Source of the DNA: an uncultured Bordetella sp.
Lineage (GTDB): Bacteria > Pseudomonadota > Alphaproteobacteria > Micropepsales > Micropepsaceae
Assembly: GCA_964446945.1 (NCBI GenBank)
Contig: CAYUQO010000012.1
Span: 20,194 to 84,193, forward strand
DNA: 64,000 nucleotides
Direction of reading: 5' to 3'
Below the pieces are notes generated by a model that was given only the letters and a program-made list of their open reading frames with translations, searched no databases and was not told the origin of the DNA. Below, piece after piece: positions 34,817 through 44,542 of the stretch. Every line of letters starts with the position of its first letter. The first letter of the stretch is position 1. The translations under genes and the position numbers were made by a program.

Positions 34817-37077
34817 TGAACGCCAACACATTCACTCGTCGCGCTTTCATTGCTGCCTCCGGGGCACTCGTCGTCGGCCTTTGCGCGGATCCCGTGTCCG
34901 CCGAAGCGATCCGGCCGGGAGCAATCAAACCGCAGCTCACGCCTGACCAGCTCGATTCATGGCTTTCTATCGATCCGGACGGATACGTCACGATTTTCTA
35001 TGGCCGTATCGACGGCGGGCAGGGGCTGGAAATCTCCATCGGCCAAATGGTGGCGGAAGAGCTCGACATTCCGTTTGAGCGCACACGGATGGTGATCAGC
35101 GATACGTCTCTGACGGTCAATATGGGCGGCGCGTCCGGCGCGCTCGGAGTGTCGCGCAGCGGGATGCAGTTGCGTTCCTGCGCGGCCGAAGCACGGCGTC
35201 TCCTGATCGAATTGGCCGCATCGCAGCTGGGGCTTGCGCCGGAAGGCCTCGCCGTGAGCGATGGTGTCATTCACGCGATTGCGGATCTCGCGCGGAAAAT
35301 TTCTTACGCCGAGCTCATTGGCGGCCGTTACTTCGCCGCCAAACTCGATTGGAACGGCAAATATGGCAATGAGCTAACGGTCTCTGGCCGGGCCAAACTG
35401 AAATCGCCTTCCGAATTCAACGTGATTGGCCAATCGATCCGGCGCAAGGACCTGCCGAAAAAAGTTTTCGGTCAGCTCGACATGGTCGCTGACGTGCGGC
35501 TTCCCGGAATGCTGCACGCGCGCATGATCCGGCCCGCTGTCGCCGGCGCCGTTCCGGTCAGCGTGGACGAAAGCTCGATCTCCGGCATTCCTGGCGCGCA
35601 GGTCGTTCATATCCGGAATCTGCTCGCGGTTGTCGCGCCGAAAGAATGGAATGCGATCCGCGCGGCGCAGAAACTGAAAGTAACGTGGTCAGAATCGGAC
35701 CCGCATTTTCCCGGCCACGAGAAACTGCACCAGCACATCCGCAATGCCCCCGTGATCCGGCGCGAGATTCAGGCCGAGAACGGCAATGTGGACGGTGGTC
35801 TGAAACAGGCGGTCCGGATCATCGAGGGGGAGTACGAATATCCGACCCAGTCCCACGCCAGTACCGGCCCAGGCTGTGGCCTTGCCGATGTGCGCGATGA
35901 TGCAGCGACGGTTTGGACCAGCACGCAAAAGCCGCATTACGCGCGGGACGGTATTGCCGAACTCATCGGACTGCCCAAAGACAAGGTGCGCGTGATCTGG
36001 ATTTACGGCACCGGTTCATATGGACGAAATGATCAGGGCGATGCAACCGCAGATGCCGCAGTGCTGTCGCAGCACCTGAAACGTCCGGTGCGCGTGCAAT
36101 ACATGCGTTTCGAAGGTCTAGCGTGGGATCCAAAGGGAACGGCGTCAGTGAATCGCAGCCGCGCCGGACTCGATGCATCAGGCAAAGTGATTGCCTACGA
36201 AAATATCAGCAAGGCCTTTTCGCGGCTTGACATCGCGACGAACGAGGGCAGCCCGTCCTATGTTCTCGCAGGACATCTGCTTGGCGCGCCAATAAAACCG
36301 CAACTCTCATTTGAGGTTCCAGTCGCGTCATATACGTTCGACCACAAGCGGCTGGGCTGGGAAATTATCCCGCCGCTCATGGACCGGGCTTCGCCGCTGC
36401 GCACCACCCATTTGCGCGATCCCTATGGCCCGCCGATCCTGTTCGGCAGTGAATCCTTCATTGATGAGGTTGCGGCGGCAACGGGCAGTGATCCGGTGCA
36501 ATTCCGGTTGCGATATCTCACCCACCCGCGCGACCGCGATGCTGTCCGGACCGCAGCGGAGAAATATGGTTGGGATGAACGGTCCTCGCCGCGCAACCGC
36601 GGCCGCGATGCCGCTGTTGCCACCGGCCGCGGGATCGCGTTTCGGCGCCATTTCGATACTTTCATCGCGCTGATCGCCGAGGTGCGCGTGCATCGCGACA
36701 ATGGATTGATCGAACCGGTGCGCTATGTCTGCGCGCACGACAATGGTCTCATCATCAATCCGGAAACGCTCACGCATGTGATCGAACGGCAGCTGGTCTA
36801 TGGCACCAGCCGCGCGCTGTTCGAAGAAGTGCGGTTCGATGACAAAATGGTCACCAGCGTGGACTGGATTTCGTATCCCGTTCTATACCTGGACCGGGCG
36901 CCGGAGACGATCGATATCCACCTGATCAACCGCCCCGAGGCGGCGCCTTCGGGTGCGGCAGAAATGGCGCTGGGTCTTGTTCCTGCGGCGATCGGAAATG
37001 CCGTGTTCGATGCGACTGGTGTGCGCCTGCGCCGCGTGCCCTTCACGCCGGAACGCGTTAAACAGGCGCTCGCCTGA
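34816..37077 (+). CDS. Molybdopterin-binding large subunit (IorB/aldehyde oxidoreductase-like), Tat-exported
   Basis: ATG 34816 overlaps the small-subunit TGA (TGATG). Tat motif TRRAFIAASGALVVG. Xanthine dehydrogenase family a/b hammerhead and Moco domains. Confidence 0.9.
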   Translation: MNANTFTRRAFIAASGALVVGLCADPVSAEAIRPGAIKPQLTPDQLDSWLSIDPDGYVTIFYGRIDGGQGLEISIGQMVAEELDIPFERTRMVISDTSLTVNMGGASGALGVSRSGMQLRSCAAEARRLLIELAASQLGLAPEGLAVSDGVIHAIADLARKISYAELIGGRYFAAKLDWNGKYGNELTVSGRAKLKSPSEFNVIGQSIRRKDLPKKVFGQLDMVADVRLPGMLHARMIRPAVAGAVPVSVDESSISGIPGAQVVHIRNLLAVVAPKEWNAIRAAQKLKVTWSESDPHFPGHEKLHQHIRNAPVIRREIQAENGNVDGGLKQAVRIIEGEYEYPTQSHASTGPGCGLADVRDDAATVWTSTQKPHYARDGIAELIGLPKDKVRVIWIYGTGSYGRNDQGDATADAAVLSQHLKRPVRVQYMRFEGLAWDPKGTASVNRSRAGLDASGKVIAYENISKAFSRLDIATNEGSPSYVLAGHLLGAPIKPQLSFEVPVASYTFDHKRLGWEIIPPLMDRASPLRTTHLRDPYGPPILFGSESFIDEVAAATGSDPVQFRLRYLTHPRDRDAVRTAAEKYGWDERSSPRNRGRDAAVATGRGIAFRRHFDTFIALIAEVRVHRDNGLIEPVRYVCAHDNGLIINPETLTHVIERQLVYGTSRALFEEVRFDDKMVTSVDWISYPVLYLDRAPETIDIHLINRPEAAPSGAAEMALGLVPAAIGNAVFDATGVRLRRVPFTPERVKQALA

Positions 37078-37098
37078 TCCCCCGCCCCCGCCCTCCTG

Positions 37099-38016
37099 AT
37101 GCTTTGGCTGATTTTTGCGCTGCTGGGCCCGCTGTCCTGGGCCGCTTCAACTCACATCGACAAATATCTGGTCGAAAAATATTTCAAGGACAGCAACACC
37201 GCGGTCCTGATGGTCTTCACGGCCATCGTCGGTGTGATTGCACTGCCGCTGATCTGGTTGTTCCAGCCGTCGGTATTGACGCTTCCATTCAGGGAATCTG
37301 CGATCGTGGCGCTATCCGGCGCCATGTATATGGGCGCGATGCTGTTCTATCTGCGCGCCATGCAGTCCGAAGAATCGTCGGTCGTGGCGCCACTGTTCCA
37401 GTTTTCCACGGTATTCACCCTGGTGCTCGCCTGGCTGTTTCTGCGCGAGTTGCTGTCATGGTCGCAACTCGGCGGCGTGGCGCTGATTTTGGCCGGAGCC
37501 CTGGTCGTTTCCATGCACAGCCGCGCTTTTCTGCGCCAGTTCAATTTGTGGCTTGTAGTGCTGATGGCGGTCTCAACTCTGATCCTCGCCGCTTCGACGG
37601 TGCTGTTCAAATATTTCGCCATCTCAACCGGATTCTGGGAGACCACATTCTGGATGTTCACCGGCGAAGCAATATTTGGCGCCGGAATCCTGTGCGTGCC
37701 ATCCCTGTTTCGCGAGTTCGTCGCGCTGTTCAAACGCAGCCCGGGCGCCGTCGTCGGTATCAATGCCGCAAATGAACTGGTTAATCTCGGCGGCGGTCTG
37801 GCTGTGCGCTTCGCTTCGCTGCTGGCGCCCGTCGCGCTGGTGTCGGCGGTTTCGTCGACGACCACATTGTTTGTATTTGCGCTGGGATTCCTGTTGACGG
37901 AATTTTTCCCGGGCCTCGGCCGCGAAGATCTCTCTGCACGCAATCTGGTGCAGAAGGGCGCCAGTGCCTTGTTGGTGACCGCCGGCGTCCTGCTCGCCAA
38001 CAGCCATTCGATTTGA
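37099..38016 (+). CDS. EamA/DMT-family transporter
   Basis: 305 aa, 10 predicted TM helices, duplicated EamA-like halves. Confidence 0.8.
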   Translation: MLWLIFALLGPLSWAASTHIDKYLVEKYFKDSNTAVLMVFTAIVGVIALPLIWLFQPSVLTLPFRESAIVALSGAMYMGAMLFYLRAMQSEESSVVAPLFQFSTVFTLVLAWLFLRELLSWSQLGGVALILAGALVVSMHSRAFLRQFNLWLVVLMAVSTLILAASTVLFKYFAISTGFWETTFWMFTGEAIFGAGILCVPSLFREFVALFKRSPGAVVGINAANELVNLGGGLAVRFASLLAPVALVSAVSSTTTLFVFALGFLLTEFFPGLGREDLSARNLVQKGASALLVTAGVLLANSHSI

Positions 38017-38019
38017 TGG

Positions 38020-38307
38020 CTACTGTTTCCCGTAATTGGCCGCGAGATAGGCCGCTGCCCTGGCCGCATCGGCCTGGGGAATTGGCGCACCATAGGCGTT
38101 GATCATTTTGTTGACCTCTGCCGTCCAGCCTTGTTTGTCGAGGAAGGGTGAGTTCAGCGGGATGTAGTCGAGGCTGTGGCAACCCGAGCACATCGCTTCG
38201 ACGGTGTCCATGCCGGGCCCGTTCTTCAGCGCGACAGCCCGCTCGGCGGCCCATGCTGCCGGTGCGGCAATTGCCAGTACAAAGACGAGTGTCGAGAGGT
38301 TCTTCAT
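38020..38307 (-). CDS. sorB: Monoheme cytochrome c, SorB-like partner of sulfite dehydrogenase
   Basis: ATG 38307 gives MKNLSTLVFVLAIAAPAAWA and the haem motif CSGCH. It lies directly downstream of the SorA-like gene; an alternative GTG at 38316 overlaps the upstream stop. Confidence 0.7.
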   Translation of the reverse strand: MKNLSTLVFVLAIAAPAAWAAERAVALKNGPGMDTVEAMCSGCHSLDYIPLNSPFLDKQGWTAEVNKMINAYGAPIPQADAARAAAYLAANYGKQ

Positions 38308-38312
38308 CGCAG

Positions 38313-39539
38313 TCACGCAATCACGATTGTGGTCGGCCGCACCACATTATTGTGGTAGCCGGCGCCGTTGAAAATCAGGGTTTCGACCTGGGTTTGACCC
38401 AGCCGGTTGGTTGCTCTCGCGCGGATCGTCTGCGAACCGGGCCCTGGCGCAGTGAACCGATAGGTCCAGCTCCGAAAGGCATATTTGCCCGAATCCTCGC
38501 CGAGGGTTGCGTCGCGCCAGCTCGCCCCGTTGTCGGTGGAGACAACGACCGAGCGGATTCCATATCCGCCATCCCACGCAAGTCCCGTGACGGTGACGGC
38601 CTCGCCGATCCGGAATCTCGCGCCTTCGACAGGCGAAGTGATCAGCGAATTCACCACCATCTCGGTAATCGGAGTCGTCATCTCGTTTTGCTGCGTCGCG
38701 AAAATCTGCACCGTGGGGAACATGCCGGTGGGAATGCGATAGGCAGCCTTCATCCAGAATCCGTCGAACGGCTTCATCACCGGTTCGATCGAGGTCAGAT
38801 GCTTCATCCAGTAGGTGCCGGTCCAGCCGGGCGCAATCAGGCGCGCAGGGTATCCGTTGAAGTGGGGGAGCGGCGCGCCATTCATCTCCAGCGCGACAAT
38901 GGTGTTTTCGTCCATCACTTTGGCGATGGGCAGGCTTTTGACGAAATCGGGCGTGGTCGTCAGAGGCGGGCCATCTGCGCCATTGAACACGACCTCGACT
39001 GCGCCTGGCTTCATGCCGGCTTTGGCGAGGATGTCCTTCATCCTGGGGCCGCGCCAGCGGGCGCATCCCATCGCGCCCACACTCCACTGCACGCCGGGAA
39101 CATGCGGATCGGACAATCCGCGGCGGTTGCCGGAACACTGGCACACCGCCGCCACTTCGACCTGTTCGAAATTTCTTTGCAGGTCCTGAAAACCCAGTTG
39201 CAGCGGCGTCGCCACCCCCTCGCCACCGACCGCGACCCGCCATTGCTGAACGTCAATCTGCGGCGGAATCCCGGACAGATGATAGCGCACGAAGAACTGG
39301 TCGTTCGGCGTGAACGGTGTTGAGAATGCCGACAGTGGCGCCTCATAATTTGGCGGGCGCGCTGTCCATTCGATCATTGGCCGCTTGCCGGGAAGAGTTC
39401 CCATCTGCGCGTCGCCATAGGCACCCGCAGGCAAGCCGTAAGTCAGGCCAAGCGCTTCTGCAGCCTGGGCCTGAAGAGAGCCAAAAACCGGTAATGCCGC
39501 GGCACCGCCCACGGCTTGGAGAAATTGCCGTCGAAGCAT
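38313..39539 (-). CDS. sorA: Sulfite-oxidase-family molybdoenzyme (SorA-like sulfite dehydrogenase), Tat-exported
   Basis: 408 aa with Tat signal MLRRQFLQAVGGAAAL, Moco-binding Cys region (AVCQCSGNRRG) and a C-terminal Ig-like dimerisation domain. Confidence 0.8.
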   Translation of the reverse strand: MLRRQFLQAVGGAAALPVFGSLQAQAAEALGLTYGLPAGAYGDAQMGTLPGKRPMIEWTARPPNYEAPLSAFSTPFTPNDQFFVRYHLSGIPPQIDVQQWRVAVGGEGVATPLQLGFQDLQRNFEQVEVAAVCQCSGNRRGLSDPHVPGVQWSVGAMGCARWRGPRMKDILAKAGMKPGAVEVVFNGADGPPLTTTPDFVKSLPIAKVMDENTIVALEMNGAPLPHFNGYPARLIAPGWTGTYWMKHLTSIEPVMKPFDGFWMKAAYRIPTGMFPTVQIFATQQNEMTTPITEMVVNSLITSPVEGARFRIGEAVTVTGLAWDGGYGIRSVVVSTDNGASWRDATLGEDSGKYAFRSWTYRFTAPGPGSQTIRARATNRLGQTQVETLIFNGAGYHNNVVRPTTIVIA

Positions 39540-39669
39540 GTCTGCTCCAGGAAATCTACAGCTTCGCTACGTAAAACGTCCTGCCTCGGGCTGCAAGGCG
39601 CAACTGGCCGCAGCATCAAAGGTTGCGCCTCTAGCCCATTAATCTTAAGCCAATAATATAAGGGCGCGC

Positions 39670-40491
39670 ATGAAGGATTACTCATCAATGCCGGCAGAAC
39701 AGGGCAGCTTCACGACTTCAGACGGATGCGAGATATCCTATACGCTGCATCGCCCGTCTGGCCCGGCTGCTCCAAGACTTGCGCTGATTCACTCCCTGGC
39801 GCTCGACCGCTCCATTTGGGACGGCGTTGTCGAACGGCTTCAGCCGCGGGCCGAAATCGTCACCTATGACTGCCGCGGGCATGGCCGGTCCGCACGGCCC
39901 CATATGGCCTACACCGCCGAACTTTTTGCCCGCGATCTGGCGCAGCTTTTCGTCCATTTGGACTGGCGCGACGCGACCGTCGCAGGCTGCTCCATGGGTG
40001 GCTGCGTTGCGCAGGCATTTGCCGGCTTGCATGGGTCCCGCGTGCGCGCCCTGACATTGATCGACACCACCGCGTGGTACGGACCAGAGGCGCCAAAACA
40101 GTTCCGGGAACGTGCAGCCGCGGCAAAAGCCAAGGGAATGCAGGGACTGATCGATTTTCAGATCACACGCTGGTTTTCGGAAAAATTCGTCACCGCCAAC
40201 CCGGAGTCCGTGCAGCGAGCTACCCGGGTGTTCCTCGCCAATGACTTCGATTGTTATGCGGCCAGTTGCGCGCTGTTGGGCGACGCCGATCTCCGGCATT
40301 ACCTGCCGTCGCTCCACATGCCGGTGGCGGTTGTTGTGGGTGAGGAGGATTACGCAACGCCAGTGGCGATGGCCAATGCGCTGCACGCTGCGATCCCGCA
40401 ATCGAGTCTGAAAGTCATCGCCGGCGGCCGCCATCTCACGCCCATTCAGTGTCCGGGCGAAATCGCCGAAACAATCGCCGGATTGCTGTAA
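39670..40491 (+). CDS. Alpha/beta-fold hydrolase (3-oxoadipate enol-lactonase-like)
   Basis: 273 aa with HSLALD, nucleophile elbow GCSMGG and a C-terminal His (GGRHL). Confidence 0.85.
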   Translation: MKDYSSMPAEQGSFTTSDGCEISYTLHRPSGPAAPRLALIHSLALDRSIWDGVVERLQPRAEIVTYDCRGHGRSARPHMAYTAELFARDLAQLFVHLDWRDATVAGCSMGGCVAQAFAGLHGSRVRALTLIDTTAWYGPEAPKQFRERAAAAKAKGMQGLIDFQITRWFSEKFVTANPESVQRATRVFLANDFDCYAASCALLGDADLRHYLPSLHMPVAVVVGEEDYATPVAMANALHAAIPQSSLKVIAGGRHLTPIQCPGEIAETIAGLL

Positions 40492-41885
40492 TGACAATAG
40501 AGGCCGCGGCCGGAACTGTTGCACTGCAGCCGGGGGCGCCGGCGGATTCCGCCAGAGCCGCTGAACTGATTGCGCGCATTGAATCGGTTCCGTTCTCGCG
40601 CTGGCATGTTCGTCCATATGTCATCATGGGCAGCGCGACCTTCTTCGACGCGTTCAGCGCGCTGGCACTCGCCTCCGCAACTCCGGTGCTGGTGCGGCTG
40701 TGGCATCTCACTCCGGCCGATGTCGGTTATCTGCTCGCGGCCAGCTATATCGGTCAGTTTGCCGGCGCGCTGATTTTCGGCTGGCTGGGTGAGAAGCTCG
40801 GCCGGGTGAAAAGCGCGACTTACGCGACATTGATCATGGCGGTGGTCAGTCTCGCCTGCGCGTTCACCGGTAATTTCACCCAGATGTTCGTGTGCCGTCT
40901 GGTGCAGGGAATTGGCGTCGGCGGCGAGATGCCGGTCGCCGCCACCTACATCAATGAGCTGTCGCGTGCGCGTGGCCGTGGCCGCTTTTTCATGATCTAT
41001 CAGCTGATCTTTCCGATCGGTTTTCTGGCCGCGGCAATTCTGGGCGCACAACTGGTGCCGCTTTACGGCTGGAATGTGCTGTTCATACTCGGCACGGTTC
41101 CAGGCATCATCATCACCTTTCTGGTGTCGCGTCTGCCGGAATCGCCACGCTGGCTGATCCGCCACGGACGGTTCGCCGAAGCGGAAGCGATCGTCGGCAG
41201 TCTGGAAAAAAGTACGCCTGAACGGAATCTCGTCGCCCCGCAGCCAGCCGGAATTTCCACTGCCGGCCGCGCCAGCCGCTGGAGCGAGTTGTTTTCGCCG
41301 GTCTATCGTGCGCGCACACTGATTGTCTGGGTGATCTGGGCGACGGCCTATGGCGTCACCAATGGCCTGAACAACTGGATGCCGACGCTCTACAACACGG
41401 TTTACCACCTGCCGCTGAAAACTTCGCTGAATGCAGCGCTGTTGACCAATGCCATGCAGGTGCTGGTTTTGCTGGTTTGCGTATTCGTCATCGACCGGGT
41501 CGGACGCAGGGCATGGATGACCGCCTGCTTTGTGCTGGGCGCCATTCCGCTGGCTGTGCTCGGATTGACCGGCACCGGTGAAGTGACGCGCGTCATTGCC
41601 GGAGTGACTCTCGGATACGGGGTTATGAGCACGATCAACACCGTACTCTATCTCTACACGCCGGAAATTTATCCGACCCGGATGCGCGCCATCGGAACGG
41701 CGGCAGCAACCAGCTGGCTGCGCGCGGCCTCGGCCGCGGGACCGGCTGTCGTTGGCGTGATGGTATTCACCCACGGCATAGGATCGGTGTTTGTGATGTT
41801 CGCGGCCATCGCGCTCATCGGCGCGTTGGCGGCTTCGCAGGCGATCGAAACCCGGAATCGCCGGCTCGAAGAAATCGCGCCTTAG
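40491..41885 (+). CDS. MFS transporter (aromatic acid/sugar-porter-like)
   Basis: ATG 40491 overlaps the hydrolase stop (TAATG). 12 TM helices and MFS motifs GWLGEKLGRV and PESPRWL. Confidence 0.85.
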   Translation: MTIEAAAGTVALQPGAPADSARAAELIARIESVPFSRWHVRPYVIMGSATFFDAFSALALASATPVLVRLWHLTPADVGYLLAASYIGQFAGALIFGWLGEKLGRVKSATYATLIMAVVSLACAFTGNFTQMFVCRLVQGIGVGGEMPVAATYINELSRARGRGRFFMIYQLIFPIGFLAAAILGAQLVPLYGWNVLFILGTVPGIIITFLVSRLPESPRWLIRHGRFAEAEAIVGSLEKSTPERNLVAPQPAGISTAGRASRWSELFSPVYRARTLIVWVIWATAYGVTNGLNNWMPTLYNTVYHLPLKTSLNAALLTNAMQVLVLLVCVFVIDRVGRRAWMTACFVLGAIPLAVLGLTGTGEVTRVIAGVTLGYGVMSTINTVLYLYTPEIYPTRMRAIGTAAATSWLRAASAAGPAVVGVMVFTHGIGSVFVMFAAIALIGALAASQAIETRNRRLEEIAP

Positions 41886-42712
41886 AAATCTGCCTGGTTC
41901 GCCTGCGGGACCTTGTTGTCGAACAAACCCGTGTCCCTGGTGTTCTCGGCACAAACCTGTTCGTCCATTGGCCCCTGCTGCACCTTGCGGTAGCGCTGGA
42001 TTGCCGACCACGGCTCATTGAATGTGTCAGGGTCCTCAACCCAAATCAGGTTTTCAAGCACCCGCCCATCATTGGTCAGCCGATAACGCTCCACGACATG
42101 CAGCTTCTCCGTGTGCGGCGTACGATAATTGTCCAGGAAGGTGCGGCTATTAAGGCCGATGGTATCGACCACCAATGTGTCGCCTTCATAATGCCCGACA
42201 GATTCACCGTACCAGGATGGCTTGGCATTGGTGCTATGCGGGACGTTCATCCACACCCGGCGCACCTGCTGGTCGCCGGAATAGATCATCAGGATCTCTT
42301 TGGCTGATTGCACGAAGTATACCGGCTCCACGACGAAAAGGGAGAAACCCGGTACGCCCGCGGGCATGCAGCTGGACCGCGCGGTAAAGGGAAACTTGCC
42401 CGCCAACGCTTCTTCGTTCGATTTTCTCATCGCATCGGCGGCCCAAGGTTTCAGATTTGGACTTGTCACGTCCGCAATCCTGAATGTCGCGTTGGGAATA
42501 TATGGATGGGCCGGATCCGCGCGCGTCGGGCCATAGCCGGATGGCGGCGCGGCCAATCCGTCCCGGTTCGCGACCACCCAGCCGGCATTTCCGGATTGGA
42601 AATCGGGAATAGAAGACGGGTTTTGCGCGACAACCGGCGCTGTATTCGCGATGCACAGCGCGACGGCACCCGGAATGATGTAGTGGCGGTGCGGAGCGAA
42701 GTACCTTGTCAC
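41882..42712 (-). CDS. Exported protein, tandem paralog family member P1
   Basis: GTG 42712 has AAAGG upstream. Family motifs SSIPDFQSGNAGW, PSGYGP, SCMPAGVPG, KPSWYGESVGHYEGDTLVVDTIGLN, DNYRTPHTEKLHVVERY, VCAEN; ends VPQANQADF. The 5' 82 codons of the track ORF were rejected. Confidence 0.8.
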   Translation of the reverse strand: MTRYFAPHRHYIIPGAVALCIANTAPVVAQNPSSIPDFQSGNAGWVVANRDGLAAPPSGYGPTRADPAHPYIPNATFRIADVTSPNLKPWAADAMRKSNEEALAGKFPFTARSSCMPAGVPGFSLFVVEPVYFVQSAKEILMIYSGDQQVRRVWMNVPHSTNAKPSWYGESVGHYEGDTLVVDTIGLNSRTFLDNYRTPHTEKLHVVERYRLTNDGRVLENLIWVEDPDTFNEPWSAIQRYRKVQQGPMDEQVCAENTRDTGLFDNKVPQANQADF

Positions 42713-42737
42713 GTGAATTGCCTTTCGCCGATGACGT

Positions 42738-43598
42738 TCAGAAATCCGCCCTGTCGGCTTGTGGGATCGGCTCCATATCATAATGCAGATAATTGACCGG
42801 CGCTTCGGCGCAGGACGATTCGCGGATCGGTCCCTGTTCCACCCGGCGATATTTCTGCACCGCATGCCAAGGCATGGTGAAGGCGCCCGGATCGTCCACT
42901 GCGACATCCACCGACAGCCCTTTGGCGCCGGGATCGATCCTGAACCGCTCAACGACATGCAGTTGCACCGTGTGTGGCGTACGAAAATTGTCGATGTAGG
43001 TTTTGTCGTTCAGGCCGATCGTATCGACCACAAGCGTGTCGCCATTCTCATAATGGCCGATGGATTCGCCAAACCATGACGGCTTGAGATTGGCCGAATG
43101 TTTATCGGTCAGCCAGACGTGGCGGAATTCCGCATTGGGCGGCCAGATCATCACCACCTCTTTCGGCGTCTGGACAAAATAGATCGGCTGGGCCGGATGC
43201 AGCAGGAACGCCGGAACGCCGACCAGCTTGCAACTCGCCTGCTCGGTAAAGCCGCCGCCACCCGCGGCGACATGGTCATTGACCTTCTTCAGGGCTTCGC
43301 GCGCCCAGGGCTGCAGGATCGGATTGCTGAGATCGGCCATCGCAAAGATCGGCTGGCCCAAAGCGAGATCGTTCGCGACGCGCTTCCGCCCGGGCATGTC
43401 CATCACCGGTCCCGGTCCGGACGGCGGGGGCAGCAACACCACGCCGGCCGCCTGCCAACCGCCATTCATAAACGCGAATGGCGGCACATCTTGTGATGAA
43501 TTAGCTGCGGCTGCTGCCGGCATGGCGGACAGCGATATCGCGGCAGCGGCCGTGCCGATCAGGATTTTCATGCGATGCGAAGCAAGGATACCGCTCAT
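42738..43598 (-). CDS. Exported protein, tandem paralog family member P2
   Basis: 286 aa with signal peptide. Motifs SCKLVGVPAF, KPSWFGESIGHYENGDTLVVDTIGLN, DNFRTPHTVQLHVVERF, SCAEA; ends PIPQADRADF. Confidence 0.85.
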   Translation of the reverse strand: MSGILASHRMKILIGTAAAAISLSAMPAAAAANSSQDVPPFAFMNGGWQAAGVVLLPPPSGPGPVMDMPGRKRVANDLALGQPIFAMADLSNPILQPWAREALKKVNDHVAAGGGGFTEQASCKLVGVPAFLLHPAQPIYFVQTPKEVVMIWPPNAEFRHVWLTDKHSANLKPSWFGESIGHYENGDTLVVDTIGLNDKTYIDNFRTPHTVQLHVVERFRIDPGAKGLSVDVAVDDPGAFTMPWHAVQKYRRVEQGPIRESSCAEAPVNYLHYDMEPIPQADRADF

Positions 43599-43623
43599 GT
43601 GAATCCCCTACGGCAGAAGCCAT

Positions 43624-44478
43624 TCAGAAATCCGGTTTGCTCGCGCTCGGCGCGCCCACCCAGCCAGGAAGATTGAAGGTGTTGTCGTTGTTTTCCGAAC
43701 AATTCTCTTCCAGCATCGGCCGGTTGCGCACCTTCGTGTAGTGCTGCATCGCCTGCCACGGCTGATAGAAGGTGCCAGGATCATCCACAAACAGATCGGT
43801 CTCGAGCTGCTTTCCTCCATCGATCATGTGATAGCGCTCGATGACATGGAGCTTGTCCGTATGCGGCGTGTGGTAATTGTCGATTACCGCCTTGGGCGAC
43901 AGTCCGATCGTATCCACGACCAGTGTGTCGCCTTCGTAGTGTCCGACCGATTCGCCGTACCATGATGGCTTCGGATTCTGGTTATGCGACACATTCAGAT
44001 AGACATGCCGGATCTCGCGATTGCCGGAATAGATCAGCAGCACCTCTTTGGGTGATTGCACGATATAGACCGGCTCGATTACGAACAGCGAAAACCCGGG
44101 TACGCCGCCCGGCAGGCAGCTCCAGCGCGGCGTGACGCCGAGCTGACCGGCAAAAACCAGGTCATTGTATTTTTTCAGTTCGGCTATGGCCCACGGCATC
44201 AGGTTCGGGTTGTTCAGGTCAGCCACGCGATAGGTCGCTGGCCCCGGTTCGTCGTTGCGCCGGAATGGATATTTCCGGTCGAAGGTGACCGGCTTCGGTC
44301 CGGGACCGGGCACCGGCGTGAAATCGGAGTTGATTGCGAGCCAGCCGTCCTGAAATGAGGAAAAATCCGGAATTTCGCTTGCTTCCGGCCTGTCAGCTGC
44401 TGCGGCGGCCGCGGCCATCGCCAGTACAGAACACGTCAATGCCATTCCGAAAAAATTACGCAAACGCATGCCGATCAT
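43624..44478 (-). CDS. Exported protein, tandem paralog family member P3
   Basis: 284 aa. Motifs SEIPDFSSFQDGW, PGPGPKP, SCLPGGVPG, KPSWYGESVGHYEGDTLVVDTIGLS, NCSEN; ends APSASKPDF. An alternative ATG lies at 44469. Confidence 0.85.
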   Translation of the reverse strand: MIGMRLRNFFGMALTCSVLAMAAAAAAADRPEASEIPDFSSFQDGWLAINSDFTPVPGPGPKPVTFDRKYPFRRNDEPGPATYRVADLNNPNLMPWAIAELKKYNDLVFAGQLGVTPRWSCLPGGVPGFSLFVIEPVYIVQSPKEVLLIYSGNREIRHVYLNVSHNQNPKPSWYGESVGHYEGDTLVVDTIGLSPKAVIDNYHTPHTDKLHVIERYHMIDGGKQLETDLFVDDPGTFYQPWQAMQHYTKVRNRPMLEENCSENNDNTFNLPGWVGAPSASKPDF

Positions 44479-44542
44479 TTCTCCAGTGATTGGGCGGGAC
44501 TGTAGCAGGTTTGATGTCGGTGAAACCGCGGGCGAGCGAGCC

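Noticed and set aside
38148-39323. 391-aa plus-strand ORF and 298-aa minus-strand alternative frame over the SorA-like gene.
   Set aside because: These are shadow frames. Only the 38313..39539 frame shows the Tat signal and sulfite-oxidase-family motifs.
41882-41885. Overlapping stop codons of the convergent MFS gene and P1 (TTAG), with no terminator between them.
   Set aside because: The overlap is real in the sequence. However, convergent overlaps of a few nucleotides are common in compact high-GC genomes, and no specific function can be argued.
40446-42011. 521-aa minus-strand ORF opposite the MFS transporter gene.
   Set aside because: The translation is Arg/Gly/His-rich nonsense, whereas the plus-strand frame gives a canonical 12-TM MFS protein.
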